64,000 nt of DNA from Desulfomonilia bacterium (GTDB lineage: Bacteria > Desulfobacterota > Desulfomonilia > UBA1062), in assembly GCA_049975365.1 (NCBI GenBank), contig JBNGDS010000002.1:5461-69460 (forward strand), in the 5' to 3' direction. Shown piece by piece: positions 27,344 through 36,969 of this stretch. The notes under the pieces are model-generated. The model had not been told where the DNA came from. It saw nothing but the letters and a program-made list of their open reading frames with translations, and ran no database searches. The stretch's first letter is position 1; every line of letters starts with the position of its first letter. The position numbers were made by a program, and so were the translations under genes.

Positions 27344-28085
27344 GGCGCAGAAACTCAACCCGAAGATCAGGGCAAAGATCATCAATGAGTTTTCCCCGCT
27401 GATCAAGTACATTGCCAGCCGCATTGCAATCCGACTCCCCCCCCATATCGATCTCAATGATCTGATTAATGTAGGCGTCATCGGACTCATGGATGCCATA
27501 GAAAAGTTTGATGCGAGCAAACAGATAAAGTTCAAGACCTATGCAGAATTCAGGATTCGCGGTGCCATCCTCGACGAACTCAGGTCCATGGACTGGGTTC
27601 CCCGTTCCGTCAGGCAGAAGGCGAAGAAAGTGGAAGATGCCTACTCAAGACTGGAATTTCACCTGGGAAGACCGGCCAGTGACGAGGAAGTGGCTCAGGA
27701 GATGAACATCGATCTCGAATCGTTCTATAAGCTGCTGTCCGAAACCTCATCTGTTTCCCTGCTGAGCCTGGACGATCTGGGCGAAGACGACACGGATCTC
27801 TCGAAGAGGAATCTCCTGGAATACATCATTCAGGACGAAAAGGACTGGCCATCACATAAACTGCGATTTGCAGAAATCCGCGACATGGTTGCCAAAGCGA
27901 TCATCTCGCTGCCTGAAAAAGAGCGGATGGTCATCTCGTTGTACTACTACGATGAACTCACCATGAAGGAAATCGGACATGTACTGAAGTTCACCGAGTC
28001 CAGGGTATCGCAGATCCACACCAAAGCTATTCTCAGGTTACGTTCGAAAATGCAGAAGATCTTTAAGGAGGTCTCCGTCGTCTAA
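27312..28085 (+). CDS. fliA: Flagellar sigma factor FliA (sigma-28)
   Basis: 257 aa with sigma-70 regions 2, 3 and 4 (LINVGVIGLMDAIEKF; C-terminal HTH YYDELTMKEIGHVLKFTESRVSQIHTKAI). Confidence 0.85.
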   Translation: MQDIAYTELTEAQKLNPKIRAKIINEFSPLIKYIASRIAIRLPPHIDLNDLINVGVIGLMDAIEKFDASKQIKFKTYAEFRIRGAILDELRSMDWVPRSVRQKAKKVEDAYSRLEFHLGRPASDEEVAQEMNIDLESFYKLLSETSSVSLLSLDDLGEDDTDLSKRNLLEYIIQDEKDWPSHKLRFAEIRDMVAKAIISLPEKERMVISLYYYDELTMKEIGHVLKFTESRVSQIHTKAILRLRSKMQKIFKEVSVV

Positions 28086-28135
28086 AGATTTGGTGAGCGG
28101 AATTCGAAGAAAAGAAAAATACCTTGGAGGAGTCT

Positions 28136-28519
28136 ATGGCTCTTGACAAGAACATGAAGGTCCTGATCGTTGACGATTTTTCAACCATGAGAAGGATCGT
28201 GAAGAATATCCTCAGGCAGCTCAACTTCACCAATATTCTCGAGGCAGATGACGGCTCCACGGCTCTGGATGTCCTGCAGAGGGAGAAGATCGATATTGTC
28301 GTATCCGACTGGAACATGCCAAAGATGACCGGACTTGAACTCCTCAAGGCCATGAAGTCTGATGATGCACTGAAGCACATCCCCTTCCTCATGGTCACTG
28401 CCGAGGCACAGCAGGAGAATATCATCGAGGCCGTGAAATCAGGGGTAAGCAACTATATCGTCAAACCGTTTACCGCTGAGACCCTGGGTCAGAAGATCAG
28501 CCAGATCTTCACCAAGTAG
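28136..28519 (+). CDS. cheY: Chemotaxis response regulator CheY
   Basis: Single receiver domain MALDKNMKVLIVDDFSTMRR...DWNMPKMTGLELL...K. 127 aa. Confidence 0.85.
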   Translation: MALDKNMKVLIVDDFSTMRRIVKNILRQLNFTNILEADDGSTALDVLQREKIDIVVSDWNMPKMTGLELLKAMKSDDALKHIPFLMVTAEAQQENIIEAVKSGVSNYIVKPFTAETLGQKISQIFTK

Positions 28520-28527
28520 GAGCACAG

Positions 28528-29133
28528 GTGTCTGAGTTGTCCGGAAAGAAGGCCGAACTCGACAAAGACGGCATTGCCTTTGAGCATGGCGGGAAGGCCG
28601 AACTCGACAAAGACGGGATCAGCCTCGAAGAGGGAGGAGAACAGCATCACCCCCTCGAAAACGAGGGCGTGACCGGTGATCCCGATGAGGAGCCGAACCG
28701 TGAACATCCAAGGGCGAGGATCACAGGTCTCCTGATTTCTCTGGTCGCAGTCGTGATAGCCGGTGGGGTCTTTGCTCTCTTTCTGCTGCTCCCTAAAGAG
28801 GAGCCTGAACCCATACCCGAGTCGAGGGTCCTCCCTCCCGCGAAGATCTTCGTGTACGAGGGGGATGTCATCCTCGATCCCTTCATGATTCTCTATGAAC
28901 CCACAAGCGAACACCAGACCGGGATTCTCATCGCACAGATGAGTCTCCAGGCTGAACCGGACATGGTCCCGAATGTATACAGGAATATATTCGATATGCG
29001 GACCATTATCTACACGAGGCTCTCGGAGAATATCGACATCTATTCAAAAAATGAGCTTGCCGAGATGATCAGACACGACCTGGAGCAGTACTCCATCCGG
29101 GATGTTGCCTTTATTCAGTTCGACATGCGGTGA
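28528..29133 (+). CDS. FliL-like flagellar basal-body-associated protein (GTG start)
   Basis: 201 aa. Single TM (LLISLVAVVIAGGVFALFLLL) followed by a periplasmic domain resembling FliL (KIFVYEGDVILDPFMI...IRDVAFIQF). GTG start with an AGGAG SD 5 nt upstream. The N-terminus contains a tandem 13-aa repeat. Confidence 0.45.
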   Translation: MSELSGKKAELDKDGIAFEHGGKAELDKDGISLEEGGEQHHPLENEGVTGDPDEEPNREHPRARITGLLISLVAVVIAGGVFALFLLLPKEEPEPIPESRVLPPAKIFVYEGDVILDPFMILYEPTSEHQTGILIAQMSLQAEPDMVPNVYRNIFDMRTIIYTRLSENIDIYSKNELAEMIRHDLEQYSIRDVAFIQFDMR

Positions 29134-29180
29134 GATGAGCGATCACAGAGGCGAAGAAAGAACCTGTGGATGGGAGGATC

Positions 29181-31085
29181 ATGGATTTTTCTGTCATTGA
29201 CGCAAAGATGGCTTCACACGACCCGAGTCTTCGCCGCGAAGCCGCCCTCACTCTTGCCAGGCATGGCGGTGAAAACGCCATCGACAGACTGTGTGTCTTG
29301 CTCGAGGATTCCAACACCGGGGTCAGGGACGCTGCACAGAACGGGTTGACTGTACTTGGTGGAAGCTACTGCGTGGAAAAGCTCGCTGCCCTTCTCCCCA
29401 GAGAGGAGGTTTCCATCAGGAATTCGGCCATCGACATCCTCAGAAAGATCGGAGATGACGGGCTGGACATCCTGCATGCCCTCGCTTCCCACCACAGTGA
29501 TAATGTTCGACTGTTTGTCTGCGATATCCTCGGCAGCATCTCCAATCCCGAGAGCATCGATATCCTCGTTGAAGCACTTGCGGATCCGAATCCCAACGTG
29601 AGGAACGCCGCGGTGATCTCTCTGGGCATGATCGGTCATCCGAGGTCATTCTCCGCTGTCAGGAACATGATGAATGACGAGGAGTGGATCAGGTTCTCCG
29701 TGATCGAAGCCTTGGCACGAATTCCCCACGATGGCGTCGCGGATTTTCTTCTCGATGAAATCGAGAAGAGATCAGGTGATGACGTAACGACCATGGCACT
29801 GCTGGATGCCATGGGAAAGGTCCGATCTCCAAAAACCGCGCCCGTGCTTGTCGATATGCTTGAAGACGCCCCTGAACACCTCGCAGCATCGATCGTTTCA
29901 ACAGTGCTTTCGATCCTCTCCCCCAGAGATGTCAAGGTCCTGTCTGACCCTCACAAAGCACTCATCAAGTCATTCGTGGAAAAGCTCCTCGCGGATTCTG
30001 GCTCCGAGACCATGGCATCCATGCTGAATGCTCTGAGTGTCATCGGCGATGACGAGAGTATCAGGGTCCTCATCGACCTCGCATCGAAAACCGATCGTGA
30101 TGCGCAGGCCGAGCAATGGGATGCCATCAGGAGGACACTCATTGCCTTGAACAATCCGTCCCTCATGGTGGAGCTGTTGAACGGGGAAGAATCCCTCCAG
30201 ATACTCGCCTCCGAGGTTCTTGCATGCATCGGGGGGCAAGAAGAAGCCCGATGTCTGGCCCATGAGGTCCTCTCCGCACAGGGGTATGTGAAGCGAGCCA
30301 TGACCGAGGCACTTGCACACAGTGCAGACGCTGCCTTGAAACCGGTGTTCATGAACCTGGTGCATGATCCCGATGGGCATGTGATCTCACTATCCCTCCA
30401 GGCTCTTGGACGTCTGGGCACACCAGAGGACATTGAACTGATCACCCCGCTCATCAACCACCGCTATCCCGATGTTCAGGCTGCAGCACTGGAAGTGATC
30501 GCACAGATCGGGTCTCCAGTCGCGGAGGAGACCTTCATGTTCCTGATCCGCGTGAAGGATCCCGGGAATCCCGTCAAGGGCCTCAGGGGACTGGAGAGAA
30601 TGCGGAGTCCCCGGTTGCAGGAGGCTGCGGAGTATCTCTCTCACGATCACGACCCAAAAACCCGCCTGGCTTCTGCAACAGCGATCAGGGACAACAGCCT
30701 GGATGTCAGGGATGATCTCGTCGTGATATTCCTGGGTGATGAAACCGATGAAATCAGGTACGTGGCTCTCGATATCATCGGGCGGAGAAAACTCCATGCT
30801 CTGAGGTCCTACCTCGATGACGCCATAGGTTCACGGGACATGTGGGCAGCATCCCATGCCCTGGAGGCCCTGGGGGAATTCAGGGATGACGATGCCAAAG
30901 AATCTCTTCTGAAAATACTCTCCGAAGGATCTGACTTTCTGAGGATTTCGGCGGCCAAGACCCTTGGAACGTGGGGCGATCCGTCGCTTGCCGAAGAGCT
31001 GGAACTCTATGCAGACGATGAAAATCTCGATGTCGCTCGGGCAGTCACCGATGCACTCGACAGGCTCCAGGGGGTGTCATTCTGA
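29181..31085 (+). CDS. Large HEAT/PBS-lyase repeat protein embedded in the flagellar/chemotaxis cluster
   Basis: About 635 aa of tandem HEAT-like units (VRDAAQNGL, IRNSAIDIL, VRLFVCDIL, VRNAAVISL, ...). A GGGAGG SD precedes the ATG at 29181. Confidence 0.65.
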   Translation: MDFSVIDAKMASHDPSLRREAALTLARHGGENAIDRLCVLLEDSNTGVRDAAQNGLTVLGGSYCVEKLAALLPREEVSIRNSAIDILRKIGDDGLDILHALASHHSDNVRLFVCDILGSISNPESIDILVEALADPNPNVRNAAVISLGMIGHPRSFSAVRNMMNDEEWIRFSVIEALARIPHDGVADFLLDEIEKRSGDDVTTMALLDAMGKVRSPKTAPVLVDMLEDAPEHLAASIVSTVLSILSPRDVKVLSDPHKALIKSFVEKLLADSGSETMASMLNALSVIGDDESIRVLIDLASKTDRDAQAEQWDAIRRTLIALNNPSLMVELLNGEESLQILASEVLACIGGQEEARCLAHEVLSAQGYVKRAMTEALAHSADAALKPVFMNLVHDPDGHVISLSLQALGRLGTPEDIELITPLINHRYPDVQAAALEVIAQIGSPVAEETFMFLIRVKDPGNPVKGLRGLERMRSPRLQEAAEYLSHDHDPKTRLASATAIRDNSLDVRDDLVVIFLGDETDEIRYVALDIIGRRKLHALRSYLDDAIGSRDMWAASHALEALGEFRDDDAKESLLKILSEGSDFLRISAAKTLGTWGDPSLAEELELYADDENLDVARAVTDALDRLQGVSF

Positions 31086-31086
31086 C

Positions 31087-31977
31087 ATGAGAAAAGACAT
31101 ATTCAACCGGATACGACATATCGAAGATCTTCCGACCCTCCCATCCGTTGCCATGGAGGTCATTTCCCTTGCACAGTCCCCGAATGTCTCCATTCAACAG
31201 ATCTCGGAGGCTATCTATCGCGACCCCCCCCTCGCGGCCAAGGTGCTCAAGGTGGGCAATTCGGCATTCTACCGGAGGGGTCCCCGGACCATCGATACCC
31301 TCCACAACGCAATCATCCTGATGGGACTCACCGAAGTCATCAATATCACAACCTCCATTTCAATCATGACTATCCTTCCCCAGGGAAACGGCCCCGAGGA
31401 ATCCATCCGAGCGCATTTCTGGGATCATAGTGTGGCGACTGGTCTGATCGCCAGACACATCGACAGAAAACTCGGCATGAAATCGATGGGCAAGGAGTTC
31501 GTCGGGGGCCTGCTCCACGACATTGGGAAAATCATCCTCGACGAATACTTCCACGATGAATTCATGCAGGCACACACCATGTCTCTTGAGCAGAACCGGC
31601 CCATTCACGAAACCGAAAAGGAGATCTGCGGCACCACCCACATGGAAATAGGACATTTTCTCGCACAGAAATGGAACCTTCCGGCATACCTTGCGGATAT
31701 TGTCCTGTGGCATCACCAGCCGTCAATGGCAACCTTCCGGGATATCACTTCGCTCATATCCCTTGCAAACCTGTTGGCAAAAGCCAAGGAGCTTTCCTGC
31801 GGAGGGGACAGGATGTCCTTCATCCTCTCCGACGAGGAGTCATGGCATATCCTTGTAGAGAGGGGGTACAGGATGAATGAGCTCGATCTCGAGCGTATCA
31901 CCTTCGAGATGGAAGCATTGCGTGACGAGGTCAACCTGTACATATCCACAGTGACCGACTCGAACCAGCCGGAGTGA
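31087..31977 (+). CDS. HDOD domain signalling protein
   Basis: LPTLPSVAMEVISLAQSPNVSIQQISEAIYRDPPLAAKVLKVGNSAFY followed by an HD-related fold (HDIGKIILDE). Confidence 0.75.
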   Translation: MRKDIFNRIRHIEDLPTLPSVAMEVISLAQSPNVSIQQISEAIYRDPPLAAKVLKVGNSAFYRRGPRTIDTLHNAIILMGLTEVINITTSISIMTILPQGNGPEESIRAHFWDHSVATGLIARHIDRKLGMKSMGKEFVGGLLHDIGKIILDEYFHDEFMQAHTMSLEQNRPIHETEKEICGTTHMEIGHFLAQKWNLPAYLADIVLWHHQPSMATFRDITSLISLANLLAKAKELSCGGDRMSFILSDEESWHILVERGYRMNELDLERITFEMEALRDEVNLYISTVTDSNQPE

Positions 31978-31981
31978 CGGA

Positions 31982-32842
31982 ATGTATGACGCCGGAAGCC
32001 CTGCACCCATCACGATGACCGACGAGGCATTCAGGCTTCTCAGGGATTTCATCTACGACTCGTCTGGAATCTTCTTTGCCGATGACAAGAAGCCACAGCT
32101 GGAAAACAGGCTGACCTTGAGGCTGAAGGCGAACAACCTCACCGAGTTCGAGAAATACTACTACCTGCTCAAATACGACCCCAACTCAAGCACGGAATTG
32201 AGGGCGTTGTTCGACTCCGTGACCACCAACGAGACGAGTTTCTTCAGGAGCCCCCCACAGATTCAGACCCTACAGGAAAAGGTTCTCCCCGAGACCATCC
32301 GGACGAAACAGTCCAGCGGTGAGCTGAGCCTGCGCCTCTGGTCTGCCGGATGTTCCACGGGAGATGAGCCGTACACCATGGCAATCGTCGTCAAGGAAGT
32401 GCTGCAGGAATCGATTTCATCATGGGACGTCAAGATCATCGCGAGCGACATCTCCGAGAAGGCACTGAGCTCTGCACGGGCAGCAGTCTACAATGAATAC
32501 ACCCTCAGATCGGTCCCGCTCCATATCAAGCAGAGATATTTCACGCCGGCCGGGGGCATGTACACCCTCACGGACGACATCAAAGTGCTCGTTGAACTCC
32601 AGTACCTGAACTTCAACGATGAACGGCGTGTCAGACTCCTGAAAGGATTTGACATCATTTTCTGCAGGAATGTCCTCATCTACTTTGACGATGACGTGAG
32701 AAAACGCTTTGTTTCTCAACTCTACGACAACCTCAATCCAGGCGGGTATCTGTTTATCGGCCATTCCGAGTCACTCCACAACATATCCCGAGCATTCAAG
32801 CTGGTCCACTTCCCGGGTGCCCTGGCCTACAAAAAGGAATAG
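31982..32842 (+). CDS. cheR: Chemotaxis protein methyltransferase CheR
   Basis: 286 aa. CheR N-terminal helical domain and SAM-dependent MTase domain (LRLWSAGCSTGDEPYTMAI, FCRNVLIYFD). Confidence 0.85.
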   Translation: MYDAGSPAPITMTDEAFRLLRDFIYDSSGIFFADDKKPQLENRLTLRLKANNLTEFEKYYYLLKYDPNSSTELRALFDSVTTNETSFFRSPPQIQTLQEKVLPETIRTKQSSGELSLRLWSAGCSTGDEPYTMAIVVKEVLQESISSWDVKIIASDISEKALSSARAAVYNEYTLRSVPLHIKQRYFTPAGGMYTLTDDIKVLVELQYLNFNDERRVRLLKGFDIIFCRNVLIYFDDDVRKRFVSQLYDNLNPGGYLFIGHSESLHNISRAFKLVHFPGALAYKKE

Positions 32843-32852
32843 GGGGAGCGGC

Positions 32853-33227
32853 ATGGTTACGATCCTGATCGTTGACGACTCACCCACCGTGAGAAAGTTT
32901 CTCGTCAATACCCTGAAAACAAGAGCCTACCGGTGCATCGAGGCATCCGACGGCTTTGAAGCCCTGGAAAAACTTGCCCAGAATCCGGACATCTCGCTGG
33001 TGATTTCTGATATCAACATGCCCAACATGGACGGTATAGAATTCATCGGGACCCTCAGGCAGGATCCCCAGTATGAGGATCTTCCCGTCATCATGCTCAG
33101 TACCGAATCAGGAGCTGAAAACAGGAGAATCGCTCACGAGGCCGGTGCGAATCTGTACCTCGAGAAACCTTCATCAGCCCATGTCATCCTCTTCAAGGTA
33201 GAGAGTCTTCTGAACGCCGACGAGTGA
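32853..33227 (+). CDS. Single-domain response regulator (CheY-like)
   Basis: MVTILIVDDSPTVRK...DINMPNMDGIEF...K. 124 aa receiver only. Confidence 0.8.
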   Translation: MVTILIVDDSPTVRKFLVNTLKTRAYRCIEASDGFEALEKLAQNPDISLVISDINMPNMDGIEFIGTLRQDPQYEDLPVIMLSTESGAENRRIAHEAGANLYLEKPSSAHVILFKVESLLNADE

Positions 33228-33240
33228 CCCGGCACCTGCT

Positions 33241-34602
33241 TCAGGATGAATCACTTTCAGGCTCATCAGTTCCCAGGTCTTCCCTCGGATCGAGTTCCAC
33301 CCGGACGGGCAGCGGCAGATCCTTTCCCTGAAGTGGTGAGACGAGATTCTTGAGCCTGTGAGCGCTCGGTTGCACCCTGGTCTCCCATGACCCGAGGGCG
33401 GCATTATACGCCTGCGTTGTTTTCCGTATCCCGTCGCCGATCGTGGAGAGGTGCCGTGCAAAGATGGACACCCTGTCGAACAGCTCCATGCCTGTTTCCC
33501 AGATCTCCTGGGCATTTTCCGATATCGAGTGCTGCTGCCACACGGCTGCTATCGTCCGCAGGAGCGCGATCAGGGTCGTGGGTGTGGAAAGTATGACTCG
33601 CCTCTCGATGCCGTCCTCTATAAGACTCTGATCATACTCCAGCGCGGTACTGAAGAATGCCTCGCCCGGGAGAAAAAGGATCACGAAGTCAGGGGTCGGG
33701 GTAAACTGTTTCCAGTAGTCCCTGGATGCAAGGGCGAACATGTGTGTCCTGACCGCCTGGGCGTGCCTCTTAAAACAGGCCTTCCGGGCCTCATCGTCGA
33801 CACTCTCAAAGGCATCCATGTACGACCGCAGCGGAACCTTGGCATCGATGACGACCTGTCTTCCTTCCGGGAGCTTCACGATCAGATCCGGGCGTTTGAG
33901 TCCGCTTTCAGTTTTAGCTGAGGGCTGTTCAACGAAATCGCAGTGGCTGGACATGCCCGAGACTTCGACGGCACGGCGTAACGTGATCTCACCCCACCTG
34001 CCGCGAACCTGCGGCTCCCTCAGCGCAGCATTCAAGAGCCTCGTCTGATCATGCAGCCGCTCCTGCGTACGGATGAGTTCCTCCATGTGTCGGGAGATAT
34101 CTCCGTAGGCCTCATGACGTGATTTTTCCATCTCCCGGATCTGCGTCTCGTACCGCTTGAGTGAATCCTGCAATGGCCCCACGAGAGAATCAATCGCCTG
34201 TCTCCGGCGTTCGAGATCTCCCGTCATCTCTGCTGCTGTTGAGTGGAGTGTTTTCTGGGCAAGCTGAAGAAACGAGATGTTGTTTTGTGAGAGGGCATCC
34301 GAGGAGATTGCCTTGAACGTATCGGAGAGTTTCTGTGCAGACTCATCAATGAGCTCCCTCTGCCGTGAAAGGGACTGCTGGGTGTCCTCCAGCCTCGTCT
34401 CAGCCTTAGTGCGGGCAACTCGTTCATGTTCCGCCTGCTGCCGTAGCACGTCACATTCTTGCCGCAAAAGCCTGCCCTGGTCCTGCAGTTGGGTAATAAT
34501 CCGTTCAGAGGCCTTTGTCCCTGAGATCAGGTATCCCCTCGCGAGAATCCATCCGAGAATGCACCCCAGAAGAAACGCAGCCCCGGTCACAAGGTATTCC
34601 AT
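33241..34602 (-). CDS. rmuC: DNA recombination protein RmuC
   Basis: 453 aa. N-terminal TM anchor, long coiled coil, C-terminal RmuC nuclease-like domain. Confidence 0.8.
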   Translation of the reverse strand: MEYLVTGAAFLLGCILGWILARGYLISGTKASERIITQLQDQGRLLRQECDVLRQQAEHERVARTKAETRLEDTQQSLSRQRELIDESAQKLSDTFKAISSDALSQNNISFLQLAQKTLHSTAAEMTGDLERRRQAIDSLVGPLQDSLKRYETQIREMEKSRHEAYGDISRHMEELIRTQERLHDQTRLLNAALREPQVRGRWGEITLRRAVEVSGMSSHCDFVEQPSAKTESGLKRPDLIVKLPEGRQVVIDAKVPLRSYMDAFESVDDEARKACFKRHAQAVRTHMFALASRDYWKQFTPTPDFVILFLPGEAFFSTALEYDQSLIEDGIERRVILSTPTTLIALLRTIAAVWQQHSISENAQEIWETGMELFDRVSIFARHLSTIGDGIRKTTQAYNAALGSWETRVQPSAHRLKNLVSPLQGKDLPLPVRVELDPREDLGTDEPESDSS

Positions 34603-34704
34603 GTGCTCACCCTCGATGTGTTGGATTTCTGCACACCATATATCCTGGCGGAGGCTGAGACAAGGTGTTTCACCTGCGGTGTCCGGGTTTTTCGCCGGGA
34701 GACG

Positions 34705-35409
34705 TCACGAACCGGAGGAATCCCCGGAAATGGTTCCCCCAAGCTTGATGCTGTAGGCCCCGCCGCGGCTGACGATGAGGTGATCATGAACCGTGATCCC
34801 CACCTGTGCGCAGAGTTCGCTCAAGGTGCGGGTGAGGCTCTCATCGTGGTGTGAAGGATTGAGGGACCCGGAGGGGTGATTGTGTACCAGGATCAGCGAC
34901 GTCGCGTTCTTCTCCAGCACAATCTTGAGGATTTCCCGTGGGTAGACGTGCGCAAGATCGACGGTTCCCTCGGCTATGATCTCCTTGTGAATGACTGCAC
35001 CGGCTGCATTGAGGCAGAGCAGCATGAAGTGCTCTTTCTCCCGGTTCCCGATCTCTGCCCTCATGTATTCCAGTACCCGCTCCGGGCTGTTCAGAACGCT
35101 CCCGTCTTTTTCTCCCGGTTCGAGATACCTCCTCATGCAGGCCTTCACCAGGATAAAAAGCGTGGATGCGTATTCCCCGATCCCGTTTTCCTGTTCGATC
35201 TCAGTGTTCGGTGCATCGAGGACCTGGCGAAAAGACCCGAACCTGACCAGGAGACGTTTTGCAATGGGTTTAGTATCCTTCCTCGGCAACCCGTACGCCA
35301 GCAGCATCTCCAGCAGTTCATAGTCCTGGAGAGCCTGCCTGCCGGATTTCCTCAACCGATCGCGCAATCGTTTCCTGTGCCCCTCGTAATGAGCACGTGA
35401 TTCGTTCAC
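34705..35409 (-). CDS. radC: RadC-family JAB/MPN domain protein (UPF0758)
   Basis: 234 aa. HhH N-terminal region, JAMM motif HNHPSGSLNPSHHD. Confidence 0.85.
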   Translation of the reverse strand: MNESRAHYEGHRKRLRDRLRKSGRQALQDYELLEMLLAYGLPRKDTKPIAKRLLVRFGSFRQVLDAPNTEIEQENGIGEYASTLFILVKACMRRYLEPGEKDGSVLNSPERVLEYMRAEIGNREKEHFMLLCLNAAGAVIHKEIIAEGTVDLAHVYPREILKIVLEKNATSLILVHNHPSGSLNPSHHDESLTRTLSELCAQVGITVHDHLIVSRGGAYSIKLGGTISGDSSGS

Positions 35410-35427
35410 GTCTGTTCCTCCTCCTGG

Positions 35428-36969
35428 TTATGTCCCTTCACAGGCGAGTCTGTAGAAGGACCACGGGAGAACCTCCGAGGAGGTCCTCTCTCTCAGTGCA
35501 TAGAAATCAGAATTTTTCGGCCACTGGCGGAGAATTTCCTGCCAGGGGGTTTTTTCATTGCGAGCGAGCAATTCGATCAGATCGAGTACGCTCCGGTCGC
35601 CCCTGGAAAAGAGAGCCTGGAGATAGGCCCACTTCGGGCCCTCGAAGCTCACGGAGACGTTGCTCTGGCCCTTCATGGCCCTGACGATCTTCCTGATGCG
35701 CGACCGTGCTTCATCGGGCGAGATCATGGGTTCCCGTTCGAAGCGGGTATGAGGCTTCGGAACCATGGTGTTGATGCTCACAGAGACCGTCCCGAGTTTC
35801 TTGTTGCCCCGGGACACACGGATGAAGGTCTGCCGTATACGCTTGATGAGATCGATTGTAGCATCGATATGGTGTGACTGTTCTCCGGGAATTCCCACCA
35901 TGAAATAGAGCTTGACGTCTCTGATGCCCGCTTCGATGAGCATCCTGATATCCTCGAGGACAGTCTGATTCGAAATACGCTTGCCCGTTGCGTACCTGAG
36001 ATCCTCGGAACCTGTCTCAGGTGCCAGGGTGACGCCGAGGACCGCCGAGGTCCTCAGGGCGTCAAGCAGTTCCTCGGAGAGTATCCCGAGGCGAAGCGAT
36101 GGTGGAGCGATCTTCATTCCCCGCCCGGTGATCTCTTGAAAGATCCGGGAGGCTTCAGGGTGATTATTCAGGGATGTGCTCACAAGACCGACCTTCAGCC
36201 TGAAGGGCTGTGCCTTGTCGAAGATTTCCGTCAGCCTGGCCAGGGAAACAGGCCTGAACGGGGCATAGATTTCACGGGCAGTACAGAAGCCGCACCTGTA
36301 GGGGCAGCCACGGGCGGTCTCAACCATGAACATGTCTCCGAAGGTCGCCTGTTTCGAGAGGACCGTCGAATGGGCCGGAATGTCCAGAGGATCGACCAGA
36401 GATATCATCGGGGTCGGGCCTGAGAATCCGGTACTGAAATCATCAGCTGCACGTGGGTATGTACGGGAGGGAATGTAGATTCCATCCGTGCCCACCAGCG
36501 CGTCGATGAACTCGCTGTAGCTGCTGCTGTGTGTATACGCATCGTGGAGAATGCCCGGCAGGGGTTCTCCGTCACCGAGGTGGAGGATGTCCACCGCGTC
36601 AGCAATCGGCTCCGGGTTGAGGGTGACGGCTGACCCGCCGGCGATGAGAACGGGCCGGCCTCCCCGATGGGCGACCCGGGGGGTGATCCTGTTTTTCATC
36701 AGAATCCTGATCATCTCGATCGCGTCAAGCTCGTAGGACAGACTGAATGCAAGAACGGGGAAATCGCTCAGTGGACGGTGGGCCTCCACCGAGCGTTCAC
36801 AATCGGCGAAGAATCTCTCGCACACGATACCCTGATGCTCGTTGAAGACCCGGTACATGGTCTGAAAACCGAGGTTGGACATTCCCACCCGGTAGGTGTT
36901 CGGGTAGATCAGTGCGATGTTGAGTTTTCCTCCAGGATCCTTGAGAATGGCGCCTATCTCATTCAACAT
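35428..36969 (-). CDS. B12-binding-domain-like radical SAM protein (TIGR03960-like, function unknown)
   Basis: 513 aa. N-terminus NIALIYPNTYRVGMSNLGFQTMYRVFN, radical SAM cysteine triad CPYRCGFC, extended C-terminal domain. Confidence 0.7.
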   Translation of the reverse strand: MLNEIGAILKDPGGKLNIALIYPNTYRVGMSNLGFQTMYRVFNEHQGIVCERFFADCERSVEAHRPLSDFPVLAFSLSYELDAIEMIRILMKNRITPRVAHRGGRPVLIAGGSAVTLNPEPIADAVDILHLGDGEPLPGILHDAYTHSSSYSEFIDALVGTDGIYIPSRTYPRAADDFSTGFSGPTPMISLVDPLDIPAHSTVLSKQATFGDMFMVETARGCPYRCGFCTAREIYAPFRPVSLARLTEIFDKAQPFRLKVGLVSTSLNNHPEASRIFQEITGRGMKIAPPSLRLGILSEELLDALRTSAVLGVTLAPETGSEDLRYATGKRISNQTVLEDIRMLIEAGIRDVKLYFMVGIPGEQSHHIDATIDLIKRIRQTFIRVSRGNKKLGTVSVSINTMVPKPHTRFEREPMISPDEARSRIRKIVRAMKGQSNVSVSFEGPKWAYLQALFSRGDRSVLDLIELLARNEKTPWQEILRQWPKNSDFYALRERTSSEVLPWSFYRLACEGT

